Origin: an uncultured Ruficoccus sp.
Lineage (GTDB): Bacteria > Verrucomicrobiota > Verrucomicrobiia > Opitutales > Cerasicoccaceae
Assembly: GCA_965140785.1 (NCBI GenBank)
Contig: OZ223484.1
Span: 1-64,000, forward strand
Direction: 5' to 3'
DNA: 64,000 bases
Position numbers and translations under genes: made by a program. This document shows, piece by piece, positions 1 to 11,582 of this stretch (within the stretch, counting starts at the first letter, position 1; every line of letters starts with the position of its first letter). Under the pieces are notes generated by a model that was given only the letters and a program-made list of their open reading frames with translations, was not told the origin of the DNA and made no database searches.

Positions 1-447
1 GGCGACCTCATCCAGCGCGGTGACGGCGCTCAGCAGCAGCCGCTCGACCAGCGAACGCGGCGCCGCCCCCGCATCGACATCCGGCGCAAGTTGCAGGGAT
101 GAGACCAATCGGCTTTCCAGTTCGGGCGCATAGGCCTGCAGGCGCAGGGCCGCCCGATAGCGCGTGAGGCGCACACGCATCGGCTGCCAGATGCGCCGCC
201 GGATGATCCAGACGCAGACCGCGACATCGCAAGCCAGCAACGCCGCCCGCGCCGTCCAGTCAAAGTGCATCCAGTAATCCAGCGCACAGCGCACCAGCAG
301 CGCCGCGAAGAGGTACGCCAGCACCCACCCGACCCCGCCGAGCACAATCGCCAGCACGTCCCGGCGCACGAGCGCGTCGAGCACCGCCGCCACGCGCAGG
401 TAGGCGGGGTAGCGGGTCAAAGGTTGCGTTGCCGGGTCTTGGGTCAT
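1..447 (-). CDS. N-terminal part of a membrane protein of the MoxR/vWA operon (DUF4175-like), runs off the window edge
   Basis: Own translation from ATG 447 (TGATG overlap with the upstream stop): MTQDPATQPLTRYPAYLRVAAVLDALVRR, two hydrophobic segments, then APELESRLVSSLQL. Confidence 0.7.
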   Translation of the reverse strand, partial: MTQDPATQPLTRYPAYLRVAAVLDALVRRDVLAIVLGGVGWVLAYLFAALLVRCALDYWMHFDWTARAALLACDVAVCVWIIRRRIWQPMRVRLTRYRAALRLQAYAPELESRLVSSLQLAPDVDAGAAPRSLVERLLLSAVTALDEVA

Positions 448-2845
448 CACTTCAGGTTGTGCAGTCGCCGCAGCACCCACTCGCTGGCGGGCAGCAGAAG
501 CAGCAGGGCGTAAACAAGGGGGTGGAAAGCCGGTTCGTAGGTGCGCACTTCGCGGGCCGTGGGCAGAGTCTCACCGATCAGTTCCGGCAGTCCTGCGAGG
601 TTTTCCTCACGCAGGAGTTGGCCGTTGCCTTTGACCAGTTGTTCGAGACCGCTCAGGTTGATGGCCGGGTCGCGCATTTCCAGGTTGGCGACATTGACGG
701 AAAAGGTCACCGCCGCGTCCGGGTCCTGCTCCGTGCGGACGCTGTAGCGTCCCGGCATGAGCGCGGGGATCTCCACCTCGTAGCTGCCGGGGTGGTCCGG
801 GCGGGCGGTCAACGTCAACGGACGCTCAATCGGCTCCGCCTCGGCCTGGCCCTCGGGCTCGATGGTCAGCGTGCCCTTGACCTCGGATGCCTGCAAGGGC
901 TGGAAGTCCGCGTCAAAAATCCGACCTGCCACGAGCACATCCTCGCCCAGGGTGTAGGTACTGCGGACGGTGTTGAGCTGTACCAGATCGGAAGCGCCGG
1001 AAAGCCGTTCCAGCCCCAGCCGCAGGAAGACCTGCCCCCAGATTTTCAGGTAATACTTCTCCCCCACCCGGCTGCGCCAGCGCCAGGTTTCGTCGAAGCC
1101 AAAATAAAAGACCTGTCCCCGTCCGACGGGCATCTGCACCAGCACCGGCTGCGGCTGGCCGTCGATACGCTTCGACTCGCTCGGATCGACCAGCAGGACC
1201 TCGGCAGTCGGCTTGGCCGGACCGGTCTTGGCCGTCCAGCGCACGCCGGGGAAGCTGCGCCAGATCGCCTCGCTCTCAGTCGAGCTGGACGCCAGCCGCA
1301 GCAGCGGCGAGCGCCGCCCCTGGGGCGTCAGCACGAGCGAGACAGGCTCCGGGTAGCGGCGGGCCGGGTCCTTCACCGGCACCACCCGCACCGGGAGCAG
1401 GTCGGCCAGCACGGTGTTACCATAGGCGAAGGGGTCGTACTTCGGCCCGGCATGAAAAACCAGACCCCCGCCCGTCTGGCGGGCCAATTGGTCAAGCGCC
1501 TGCATGTGCGCCGGGCTCAGGCTGGCCGGATCAACATCGCCCAACACCACGATGACGTACTGGAGCAGTTCCTCGGGCGTCGGTAGCTTGGCCAGAAAAC
1601 GTGAGTCCTCGTGCGTGCCGAGGGTGGCGTCCCCCTCGAGCATGACCGCATCGACCTCCACGCGCCGGTCCCGCTTCAGCGTATCGAGCAGGTAGCGGAA
1701 ATCCCAGCGCGGCTCGCGCTCGATGATCAGGACCTTGACCCGCCGGTCGAGCACACGCAGGGCCAGCGACGCCTCGTTGTTAACCTCGGTCGCTTCACCC
1801 GGCAGCGGCTGAGCCGTCACCGTGAGGGTGAACTCGCCCGCCTCTTCGGGCACATAGTTGAAAGTGATTTCGGTCACGCTGTCGTCAGTCAGCTGCACCT
1901 CCTGCGTTTCGATATCCTCGTCCCCGGACTTGAGCACAACCTGCGTCCGGCGCCCCCCCAGGCCCGTGGAGTCGAGGCGGACCGTCAGCACCGCCTCCTC
2001 CCGGGCGTAGGCCAAGGTCGGGCCGGTGAAGGATGCGATACTGATATCCTGCTGCGCTTCCACCCCCGGCGCATAAACAAAAAGCGGCAGCCCGCGCTGG
2101 CGCAAGACCTCCGCTGCCGCGGGCAGGGGCGTCCCGGCGTTATTGCGGCCATCGGAGATGAGCAGCACACTGGTCAACGGACGGCCTACCGTCATGGCGA
2201 GGGGCGTCGCTCAGGCTGTCCGTCACCGCCGTAGCCGTTCCCCGCCGGGCAGTTGCCGGAAAAACTCCGCCGCCTGCTTGACCGTTAACGTCTCGTCACC
2301 CTCGCTGACAAAAGGCAGCGCTGCCGACGCATTGCGCCCAAAGGGGGCGACGAGCACATCGACCTTTTCGGCGATGCGTGGCCACAGATTCAGCTCCCGG
2401 TTGGCTGCCACCGCCTCGACCAGTTCACGGCGGCTCGGGTCGGTCTCGGGCACCTGATCACCGAAGGCGATTTTCACGCGCTCGTGATCTTCGGCACTCT
2501 GACGCGCATCGCGCAGGTCCATACTCTCGCTGGCGTCCGACAGCACGAGCAAGGTCCCGCGCACCGTGCTCTCCTCCGTCACCCGCACCACCGGCTCCAT
2601 CAGGATAAACAACAGCAGTGCCACCGCCAGTATCCGCAGCCCGCCAGGACCAGACGCTTGATCCGCGAGAGGCTGCCCGGCCCTTTGAGATAAGCGCGTA
2701 CGATCAACACTGCCGCCAGCGAACCGATAAACAGCGCCCAACCGGGGTTTAACCCTTCGAAACCGAACCACACCTCGCCGCCGGAGGCCGGGTTGGCATC
2801 CGTCAAAAAGGTGATCCACGCGGGTATGTCAGCAAGGGCATTCAT
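447..2845 (-). CDS. Membrane-anchored vWA / Ig-like / glutamine-amidotransferase-like protein, split by apparent frameshifts near 2642, 2240 and 2202
   Basis: ORFs 2600..2845, 2223..2819 and 447..2195 join into one protein: TM segments, DASESM MIDAS, LISDGRNN, PRWDFRYL, ETWRWR, EWVLRR. Confidence 0.8.
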
Positions 2846-4972
2846 GTCGGTCGGCTAAAGCGCTGGGCCAGGTAAAGTTCAATCGCCCCCACCAGCAGAA
2901 TCGCGGCGGCCAGCAGCATCCACGCATCGGGCAGGGCGCGCAGGAAGCGCGTAAGCGGTCCGGCTGTTTCGCCCGTCGTCTCGCCACTGACCAGCGCGGC
3001 GGCGGCCCACTCCGGCGCGTCCGCCACCGGTACGGGCCTCAGGTCGGTTTCGGCTTCGTCCGGGTTTACCCCGAAGGCCCCGACCGGCACGCCCGCCGGG
3101 TCCAGATACACCCGGTAGGGCCCGGGCTCGGCGGTGGCGGAAAAGTTGATCAGCCCGCGCCCCTGAACGAACTCCACCTCGCCCGCCAGTTGCGGTTCGT
3201 CTGGCTGCGAAGGCGTGGCTACATAAAAGGGCTGCCCGGCATTGGCCGCCGGGACCGGCAGGCTCCAGCGCTCGCCGGGAGCGACCTGCGCGGCGGTCTG
3301 CGTCTGGAGCGCGAGCCATTCCAGCGTACGCTGCACCAGCGGCACGAACTGGGGTGAAAGCGGCAGGTCCGACCAGCTCCCGTCCAGCGGCACCGCCGAA
3401 TAAAAGACCCGCCCTGTCCCCTCGCTCAGGCTGGTAAAGAGCGGATCTCCATCGGCCAACGGTAGCACGGTGACGGCATTTTCGCGCAGGGTGCCCCGCA
3501 AGTAATCTTTAACGATGAAACCCTCCAGCGAACCGGCACCGCTCTGGTTCCACAGGGCCGTGATCGGACTGGCGTAGGGCGGCCCGGCGGCGAACACCGC
3601 CCCCGCATCGATGAAACTCAGCCCCGACAATGGCAGCAGGTCGCCCAGCGGAGGGCGTGCCAGGTAGGCGCTCCGCACTGAGTCGGCGGCAGGCGGTGTG
3701 ATAAAGAGCCCACCACCGCCGCGCACAAATGCCTTCAGCGCCTGCTCCTGCGAGCGGCCCAGCTCCACCACTCCTGCCAGCATGACGACCGAGGCGTTTT
3801 TTAAATTGTCCGTGCTGAGCTGCGCGGCGGAAAGCTTCGACACCGCCACCGGGAAGCCACGCTGCTGCACCAGCGGAACCGGTACCCGCCGCCGCCTCCA
3901 GAAAGAACCCCGGCGCAAATCCTCGCCCGGGAACCGAAGGCCCCTCCACCAATACGACGTGTAGTTGTTTTCCGATACGAAGGCCAATCGTGCGGCTATC
4001 ATCCATTGAGAGGCCGTCTCCCGGCAGGCGTGCCGTCAGGGTCTGCCAGCCAGTCTTCTCGAAAAGCAGCTCGCTCTGCACCGTCGTGCTCTCGCCCGGC
4101 TGCAAGGGCGGCACCCACGCCTCTCCGATCGGGAAGCCCGCGTCCAGCTCGAAGGTCAGCCGCGTGCGGGCAGAAGGCTGCGTGCCGCCGTTACGCACAC
4201 TGACGCTGACCGCCACGGGTTGCCCGACAACCGGACGGTCTGTGGCGCTCTTGAGCGCGGTGATCCCAAGGTTGAAAAGCTCAGTGTCTGCGGCGATCTC
4301 CTTAACTTCCAGTGTGACGGCGTTGGCGGCGGCCATTTCACCCAGTTGCCGGAGCTTCTGCGCCTCCGACCAGACACCCTGACGCCCGTCGGTGATCACC
4401 ACGATCCGGGCGTTGGGCGTGCCTTCGAGCATTTCCAACGCGGCCTCCAGCGCCGGGGTGAGGTTTGACCCCGCCGGCACCGGCGCAGCTCGTTCGAGTT
4501 CTCGCCGCACCAGGTCCAGATCGCGCACCGGTGGCGACACGACCGGGCGGGCATGGTCAGCGAACAAAATCAACCCCGCCGCCGACGAGGGTGGCAGATC
4601 GCCCAGCACGTCCAGCGCCTGATCCCGCGCCCGATCGAAGCCCGAGCGCACGCCGTTGCTCGTGCCCATGCTGCCGGAGGCGTCCAGCAGCAGGATTACC
4701 GTCTGGGCCCCGCCACCGGTGACGGCTTCCGAGCCACCAAAGAAAGGCCGCGCGAAGAGTAGCGCCAACAAAATGAACAACAGGCAGCGCAACAAAAGCA
4801 GGATCAGGTCATTCAGCCGACGGCGCCGCTGAAGCCGCCGCACCACCGCCTGCAGGAACCGGTGCGCCGCCCAGGCCACCACCGTCACCTTGCGGTGCCG
4901 GATCAGGTGGATCAGAATGGGCAGGACGACCGCCGCCAGGCCGAGGAGGTAGATGGGCGAAAGCAGGTGCAT
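2842..4972 (-). CDS. BatA-domain / vWA protein, frameshifted near 3888
   Basis: N-terminal LPILIHLIR...LLLRCLL..LFARP (BatA), DASGSM MIDAS, ITDG; continues in ORF 2842..4002 with WSDLPLSPQFVPL and a C-terminal TM. Confidence 0.82.
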
Positions 4973-4977
4973 GGCGG

Positions 4978-5883
4978 TTAGCGGTGGATGCGCTGGCGGA
5001 ACGCGAGGTATTCACCCAGCGTCTCGCCCAGCGGTTTGGAGGTGTCCACGAGCACGTAGTGCGCGTCGCAGGCTTCGCACTGGCGGCGGATGCCCCGGCA
5101 GAATTTCTGCACCTCCTCGCGGTAGGCCAGCGCGAACTCCTCGGGGTGTGTGGTCAGAGCCTCCTCGCCCTCCAGTCCCTCGAAGCGGACTTTTCCGGTA
5201 AAGGGCATGTTCAACTCCGCCGGGTCCATGACGTGAAAAAGAATGACCTCGGTATTCTGATGCTGGAAGCGAGCCAGCGAGCGGAAAAAATCGTCCTCGC
5301 CCTTGAGCAGGTCGCTCACGATCACGACGATGGAGCGCGGCTTAATCTGCGGGGAGAGCTTCGTCAGGTCTGCGCCCAGGTCTGAGTCGCCTCCGGCCTC
5401 CACCGGGGCGAGCGACTCCATCACCCAGGGCAGGCGACCGGGCGTATCCGTTCTTGGATACAGGACGGGATTCTCGCCGCCGATGAAGCCCACTGCCACC
5501 GCGTCACGCTGCTGAACGATGACATAGCTCAGGCACGCGGCGATCATCTTCGCGCAGTGCAGCTTGGTCAGCTCGCCCGAGCCGTAGGCCATAGAGCCGC
5601 TGGCGTCGAGCAGGATGTTCGCCATGTAGTTGGTGTCCTGCTCGTACTGCTTGATAAAAAGCTTGTCGCTACGGCCCAGGATTTTCCAGTCCATGTGCCG
5701 CACATCGTCACCGGGCGCATATTCGCGGTGCTGGGCGAACTCGATAGCGAAGCCCTTGAGCGGGGAGCGGTGCTCGCCCACCTTGTAGCCCTCGACGATC
5801 TTCCGCGCCAGCAGGCCGAGCGCGCTGGCGCGCTTGACCGCATCCGGGTCTAGAAGGTCGCGCTGGGGGGGTAACGCCGCCAT
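4978..5883 (-). CDS. DUF58 family protein (MoxR-associated, vWA-like)
   Basis: GEHRSPLKG..EFAQHREYAPGDDVRHMDWK, DASGSM, VSDL. Confidence 0.93.
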   Translation of the reverse strand: MAALPPQRDLLDPDAVKRASALGLLARKIVEGYKVGEHRSPLKGFAIEFAQHREYAPGDDVRHMDWKILGRSDKLFIKQYEQDTNYMANILLDASGSMAYGSGELTKLHCAKMIAACLSYVIVQQRDAVAVGFIGGENPVLYPRTDTPGRLPWVMESLAPVEAGGDSDLGADLTKLSPQIKPRSIVVIVSDLLKGEDDFFRSLARFQHQNTEVILFHVMDPAELNMPFTGKVRFEGLEGEEALTTHPEEFALAYREEVQKFCRGIRRQCEACDAHYVLVDTSKPLGETLGEYLAFRQRIHR

Positions 5884-5904
5884 GGTTCAACAACGAGCCC
5901 GGCC

Positions 5905-7005
5905 TTAGCGGGAAAAGTCCTGGTTGGGCGAGACGGTGGCGAGCAATTCCTCGACCACGGCGTCGGTGGTGACCCCTTCGCCCTGAGCCGCGAAATTCGT
6001 GGCGATGCGGTGGCGAAGGATCGACGGGGCCACGGCCTTGATATCCTCGGCGTCCACATACGGGCGACCCCGCAGCAGGGCGTGGGCGCGGGCGGCGGAG
6101 ACGAGGCTCAGGCTGGCGCGCGGACCGGCTCCGAAAGAAAGCCACTGGCGAGCGCACTCGGCGGCGCCTTCCTCACGCGGACGGGTGGCCCGGGCAAGCG
6201 CCCCGGCGTAACGCACGACCTGGTCCGAAACCGGGATCGAGCGCACGATCTCCTGGGCGCGCAGGACGGACTCGACATCGAGCACCGGCTCGAGCTTTTG
6301 CTTCACCCCGCTGAGGCCACGGCGCATGATCTCGACTTCATCCTCCTCGGTCGGGTAACCAACCGAAATGAGGAACAGGAAACGGTCGAGCTGCGCTTCG
6401 GGCAGCGGATACGTGCCCTCCTGCTCCAACGGGTTCTGCGTGGCCAGGACGAAGAAAGGATCGGGCAGCTTGCGGGTCTCGCCGCCGATGGTAACGGAGC
6501 GTTCCTGCATGGCCTCCAGCAGAGCGGCCTGGGTCTTCGGCGGGGTTCGGTTGATCTCGTCGGCCAGCACGATATTGGCGAAGAGCGGCCCCTGCAAAAA
6601 GCGGAACGTACGCTCGCCGGTGGCCGGGTCCTGGTGGATCATTTCCGTCCCGGTGATGTCGCTCGGCATCAGGTCAGGCGTGAACTGCACACGCTTGAAG
6701 GACATCTGCAACGTCTTGGCCAGGGTCGAGATCAACAGTGTCTTGGCCAGGCCAGGAACGCCGACCAGCAGCGCGTGGCTGCGGGTGAAAATCGCGATCA
6801 GGATTTCCTCCACCACCTGCTCCTGCCCGACAATCACCTTACCGATTTCGGCGCGGATTGCCTCGCAGGCCTGCTGAACGCTCTCTACGGCCTCGGCCTC
6901 GGTGGCCGGGAGCGTGTCCACCGTAGCGGCTTCGAACTCGGGGGTGGCGCTGGTTTCTTCGACGGCGTGCTCGATTTCGGGGTCAGATTTATCTGAGGAT
7001 TCCAT
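5905..7005 (-). CDS. moxR: MoxR family AAA+ ATPase
   Basis: GVPGLAKT Walker A, RVQFTPDLMPSDITG, LADEINRTPPKTQAALLEAM, ATQNPLEQEGTYPLPEAQLDRF. Confidence 0.96.
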   Translation of the reverse strand: MESSDKSDPEIEHAVEETSATPEFEAATVDTLPATEAEAVESVQQACEAIRAEIGKVIVGQEQVVEEILIAIFTRSHALLVGVPGLAKTLLISTLAKTLQMSFKRVQFTPDLMPSDITGTEMIHQDPATGERTFRFLQGPLFANIVLADEINRTPPKTQAALLEAMQERSVTIGGETRKLPDPFFVLATQNPLEQEGTYPLPEAQLDRFLFLISVGYPTEEDEVEIMRRGLSGVKQKLEPVLDVESVLRAQEIVRSIPVSDQVVRYAGALARATRPREEGAAECARQWLSFGAGPRASLSLVSAARAHALLRGRPYVDAEDIKAVAPSILRHRIATNFAAQGEGVTTDAVVEELLATVSPNQDFSR

Positions 7006-7266
7006 AATAGCTTTTATTAAGGGGATTTTGCTCGGCTGGAAAACTTAAGTTCCGGACACCGCCTGCGTGCCCGCCTGGTATCTGCTCGCCAGACTCGTCC
7101 CACCTAGGGCCAGTTGGCGCAATGAGAAAAGAAAATAAGAGATCGGTTTTTCCGACGTAAAATTGGGTTTCGAACCGAGGAAATTCAAAGATTGTCGAAG
7201 TGAGGATACGATTTTCAGGCGAAAAAGGCACTTTTTTCCGATTTGAGTTAGTTTCACTGACAGGCC

Positions 7267-7923
7267 CTAGGTCAGGCGAATGCGGCGGATCTGCGGAATG
7301 CCACTACTGTCAGGGAAGATGACACAGAAGATCTTCATGGTCGGTAGCAGGTACCAGGAACTCATGGAAAATATCTGAGCCTCGCCGTTAATCTCGGTAG
7401 CGAACTTGACCCCGCCATTGAAGGGCTCCCGTTTGTTCTCCACCACGGGCACCATCTCGCGCGCGCCGGAATCGACCGTCACGACCTTCTGGCCGAGCTT
7501 CACCATAACCGGCTTGTGCATGAAGTTCATGATGTAAACCGAGCCCGAGGGGAACGAGCGGACCGAGTCGTCGATCAGCCCGTAGCGGTAGGTGTGCGCG
7601 GCCGCCTCGGCATCGAGCAGGACGATCATGTCTCCGGCGTTTTCGGGAAAGCGCACCGTGAAGAGCGGCGCCTTCTGCTCGTCCCGCGCCGGAGCTTTGT
7701 CATAAAAAGCAACTACCCCGCTGGCCGGGACCTTATAGCTGTTCGAAAAATACGCGGTGGAGACCGGTACCTGCTGAACGCCATCGGCGCTGACGAATTC
7801 CAGCGTGTCCAGCCCCTCAAGCTGCTTGAGCCCAAGTACGCGGAACTCCGCGGCATGAACGGCGGTGAGCGCCAACAGGGTGAGCGCCAAGGTAGTCAGG
7901 GAAAGGGATCGGGGAAGCTGCAT
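7267..7923 (-). CDS. Secreted hypothetical protein directly downstream of the PilX-like gene
   Basis: Signal peptide ending AVHA; beta-rich 218 aa; 35 bp from the upstream gene. Confidence 0.75.
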   Translation of the reverse strand: MQLPRSLSLTTLALTLLALTAVHAAEFRVLGLKQLEGLDTLEFVSADGVQQVPVSTAYFSNSYKVPASGVVAFYDKAPARDEQKAPLFTVRFPENAGDMIVLLDAEAAAHTYRYGLIDDSVRSFPSGSVYIMNFMHKPVMVKLGQKVVTVDSGAREMVPVVENKREPFNGGVKFATEINGEAQIFSMSSWYLLPTMKIFCVIFPDSSGIPQIRRIRLT

Positions 7924-7958
7924 GGGTCGGAGGAGTTCGGGTTCGGAGAGGGAAAAGG

Positions 7959-10900
7959 TTAGACATCGTCTTGATTGAGCCAGCGGAAGCTGACGATTCG
8001 GAAGCGGCGGCCAAAATTATCGGCAACAGAGCCGTCGGTGGGCGTTTCCCAGGGCTTGATCGCATCGCCGACATAACCGGGGTTGCGCTGCACGACGGCT
8101 TCGCACCAGGCCCTGGCCACCACCCGGTCGCCGTCTTTGACATCGCCGTAGGCGCGGATGATAAAGGTATCCGACCGGGCCGAGAGCACGGGGGCGATCG
8201 GCTTGAGCAGGTCGGCCTGCGTCAGGTAGCCGGGCAGGCCCTCGTTGCGGTCGCCGTAGAGGCTCTGCGGCGAGGCAAAGCCCGCCCCATCAATGGCCGC
8301 CGTATCCATCTCATTGGAGGCGAAGCGCTCGGAAAGGGCCGAGTTCATCGCCCCTTCGTCGGAGGTAGTATTTAGCCCGGCGGCATCGATGGCGGCCTGG
8401 AGCGCGCCGGTCTTGTTATAGGCATCGCGGGACGAGATCTCGCGGTTGACAAACTGGCTGACCGAGAGGAAGGGGCCGCGGGCCTTGACCTGCTGCACCA
8501 GCTCCCCGGCCAGGTCGCGAATCTGCCCGTCGTCGAGCGCGCGGAAGCCGCTCCAAAGCGCGTCGCGGGCGGCCAGCGCACTGCCCTGACTCTCGGCGGA
8601 AGGACCCGCCGGGAGCATGTTCGGGAGCACCGGCGTCAGGTCGTCATTGTCCTCCTCGTTCAGCTCACCGGCCTCGGAATCGGTGGCGAGCACGGCCTGC
8701 TCCTTGAGCGTGGAGAGCATCGCCGCCCAGGCATCGACCGAGGTCGAGTTCACATTAAACATCCCCTGCGCGACGAGGAACGCCGCCAACCGGTCAAACG
8801 CCTCATCCGGGTTATCCTCCAAAAGCTCCTTCTTGGCGTCCGCCAGCGTCATGCCCTCGGGCATGTTCAGGCGATAGGCGATGTTCGGCAATGCTTCGGT
8901 CCCGTTGAGAAACGCCTCCAAATGGTCCACGGCCTCCTCCTCGCCGGTGGCATAAGGCCCATCGTCATCCGCCAGCCCGCTGAAGAAATACCCGTCGAAG
9001 AGCACATCGTTGAGGAAGTACGAACGGTCCACCGCGTAAGCCCCATCCCACACACTGTCCTCCGCGATCATCGGATGCGAAAAGCTGTTCCCCACCGCCC
9101 GGTTGAACACCGGCGCCATATTGCGCTTTTCGGGGTCGCTATTTGAGAGGTAAGTTAAAGGAGAATGAGCATCATCACCGGTCTTCTGATAGATTAGATG
9201 CCGGTAGTCGCGACCCAGAGGAGCATTCTCCAATTGGGCGATGGAAAGCAATGGCGCAACCGGAAGCTCATCTGCAATATTTTCATCAATGATTTGCACG
9301 TTTCCCGTAGCCGGGTTTGTCACCCGAATCGCTGCGCTTCCGGTTTCTTCATCATAGGTCATGTAAGCCCCGTTGGCGCTCACTTCTTCGAAAGATATCC
9401 GGAAGGGTGCCGTAGCGAGCGTCTTGTCTTCGGTATCGACACTGAAGAAATAGGCGTTCGCCGGGTCGGTAAACAGCCCCGCTTTACCCAAACCTTCCAA
9501 CTCGTCAAAAGCACGCAGATCGAAATTAAGAATGAAAACCGGGTTAATACCGGAGTACGACATTGCGCTATCCACTATATCCGGCAAGCTATTCAAGTTT
9601 ATAGATTCTTTGGCTACAAATTCAGTGGGCAGAATTGTGGAACTAGTACCAGTATTCGTTTCCATCTGAATCATTCCTGCAGCCTGCCGCGGAGCACCAC
9701 CTTCTCCTCCGCTGAAAACTCTAAAAGACATATCGCTATCGTTTGGATCAAAGCGCAAACGGGGCTTAATACTACCCGTAGCCCTTAACTTGGCCTGCGG
9801 AGCATACATGTCACCTGTAGTTACTCCCAGTAAGGCCGGCGTGAATATCCCTGGTGTACTTTCATCAAAGCCCGGATCCAAGTTGCGAGCACGGCCATAT
9901 TCGCTAGCAGCGGTACGAGAAAATAGTTTCTCTTTGTTACCCGTACTGACGTACATCAGATGACGGTACTCAGCGTTAATTGGCAACTGATTCTTTTGTA
10001 AAGTGTCGATTCTAATCTGTCCCGGCGGAATGACGATTGGAGCTACGTGATAGTTCGAAGAGTGCAACGAGATCAGCTCTTCCCCATCTCTCCAGAACGA
10101 ATCATCGAGTGAGCGGTAAGTCGTCCCATCATCAAATGAAAACTGTATCGGCGGAAAATCTAACTTGATGCTTAACACCTTCTTCGCGCTTTCATCATGA
10201 TCCATCGAAATAGTCACATTGTAGGGGTTCCAGTAATAAATAACCGGCGTCACCATTAGTAAAACGATCTTGTCATCGTTTTCAGAATTGAACGATGAAA
10301 CCGGGTTAGCGCCTGGATCAGCAACACTCCTAGATGAGTAGCTTTTACCATCTAACGTATTATACCCCTGATAAAGAGAAAAAATATACTGAAAGCGTAC
10401 GATGACCGGCATGGGCGCATCACCGGGCTTTGGGTCGAGGTTATCCATCACCTCAGGTCGTACATCACCGATATCGAGCGTAGGCACGCCGTCTTCCAAG
10501 CTCAGCATCTTGTAGCGGTCGTAGTAGCGTTTGACGTAGTCCCACTCGGGGCCGTAGGCGGGATCGACTTCGAACATCGGCTCCTCGCGGTAATCGGTGG
10601 GGAGGGTGTTCTCGGCGAAGAGGAGGCTGAGATCTTTGCGCAGGCCGCCGTCGCGCACGTTGGTAAGGAGGCCCCAACTGTAAGGGGTGACGGCGTGAAA
10701 CTTGCCATCGAAAGCACTGCTGCTGTCGAGGTCTTCCTCGGCCAACGATTCGATTGCGGCGTAGTCGAAAACATTATCCACCGCATAGGCCGTGTCGGAA
10801 AAGGCACCCCAACCTTCCAGGGCCTGGAGATTGGCGCGATCCGGGTTCGCGGTGGCCTGGATTTTTTCCCAGTTGGAGTTGGGGGTAGCCTCGGCGGGGG

Positions 10901-11582
10901 TGCCGAAGTTGGCCTTCACTCCCTCGTCGCCCACCCAGTAGGCGAAGCCGTTCTGCAGGAAGCTGTCGTCGTCGATCTCCGCGCGGGGCACATAGACGGA
11001 CTGCCGCGCGGCGGCCTGGGCTGAGCCGAGCGTGCCCTCGCCCACCAGCAGGATCGCGCCTTCTGAGTCGGCGGTGAATTGCTTGGCCAGGTTGAGTTGG
11101 TCCGCCGGGCTCATATTCTCGTCGTTGAGGCCGGAGACCAGCCAGCGGCGAAAGGAGGACGGCTTACCGTCGGAGGAAGAGGCGCCGCTGGGAACCGCCG
11201 CCGTCATCTCCGAGGCGCGGTCCCACTGCAGGCTATCCCAGGCTCCGGTCCAGTAGGGCTGTCCCACCCCGTCGATATCCTCGGTGGCCGGGCTCTCATC
11301 CAGCAGGGTGGCCGTGGCGGATATCCGCTTGTCCGGCCCCATCTCCTCTTGCAGTTGCCCGAGCGCGACCTGGAGGCCGAAAATGGCATTCTGCCGGGCC
11401 TGCGTCAGATCGGCCTGGGTGGCGGAATTCACCGACTCGACCCGGGCCAGCATCATGATGGACATCATCAGGATGAGGATAAAGGCCATCAGACTCAGGG
11501 CCACGACCAGCGCGAAACCACTGTGTGACCGAACCGGCGAAGGCAGCCTCCTGCCTTGGCCATCCTGACGGGATATCTTCAT
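7959..11582 (-). CDS. Giant PilX/GspK-like protein with prepilin-type N-terminus (Verru_Chthon cassette A-like)
   Basis: SG|FALVVALSLMAFILILMMSI, ARQNA..GPDKRISATA, YWVGDEGVKA, C-terminal ARSDTFIIRAYG...RAWCEAVVQR...FGRRFRIVSFRWL; ATG 11582 preferred over the track's TTG 11603. Confidence 0.85.
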   Translation of the reverse strand: MKISRQDGQGRRLPSPVRSHSGFALVVALSLMAFILILMMSIMMLARVESVNSATQADLTQARQNAIFGLQVALGQLQEEMGPDKRISATATLLDESPATEDIDGVGQPYWTGAWDSLQWDRASEMTAAVPSGASSSDGKPSSFRRWLVSGLNDENMSPADQLNLAKQFTADSEGAILLVGEGTLGSAQAAARQSVYVPRAEIDDDSFLQNGFAYWVGDEGVKANFGTPAEATPNSNWEKIQATANPDRANLQALEGWGAFSDTAYAVDNVFDYAAIESLAEEDLDSSSAFDGKFHAVTPYSWGLLTNVRDGGLRKDLSLLFAENTLPTDYREEPMFEVDPAYGPEWDYVKRYYDRYKMLSLEDGVPTLDIGDVRPEVMDNLDPKPGDAPMPVIVRFQYIFSLYQGYNTLDGKSYSSRSVADPGANPVSSFNSENDDKIVLLMVTPVIYYWNPYNVTISMDHDESAKKVLSIKLDFPPIQFSFDDGTTYRSLDDSFWRDGEELISLHSSNYHVAPIVIPPGQIRIDTLQKNQLPINAEYRHLMYVSTGNKEKLFSRTAASEYGRARNLDPGFDESTPGIFTPALLGVTTGDMYAPQAKLRATGSIKPRLRFDPNDSDMSFRVFSGGEGGAPRQAAGMIQMETNTGTSSTILPTEFVAKESINLNSLPDIVDSAMSYSGINPVFILNFDLRAFDELEGLGKAGLFTDPANAYFFSVDTEDKTLATAPFRISFEEVSANGAYMTYDEETGSAAIRVTNPATGNVQIIDENIADELPVAPLLSIAQLENAPLGRDYRHLIYQKTGDDAHSPLTYLSNSDPEKRNMAPVFNRAVGNSFSHPMIAEDSVWDGAYAVDRSYFLNDVLFDGYFFSGLADDDGPYATGEEEAVDHLEAFLNGTEALPNIAYRLNMPEGMTLADAKKELLEDNPDEAFDRLAAFLVAQGMFNVNSTSVDAWAAMLSTLKEQAVLATDSEAGELNEEDNDDLTPVLPNMLPAGPSAESQGSALAARDALWSGFRALDDGQIRDLAGELVQQVKARGPFLSVSQFVNREISSRDAYNKTGALQAAIDAAGLNTTSDEGAMNSALSERFASNEMDTAAIDGAGFASPQSLYGDRNEGLPGYLTQADLLKPIAPVLSARSDTFIIRAYGDVKDGDRVVARAWCEAVVQRNPGYVGDAIKPWETPTDGSVADNFGRRFRIVSFRWLNQDDV

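Noticed and set aside
2195..4002. Programmed ribosomal frameshifting or pseudogenisation of the vWA genes
   Set aside because: No slippery heptamer or stimulatory structure seen; similar indels occur in unrelated genes, which favours assembly error.
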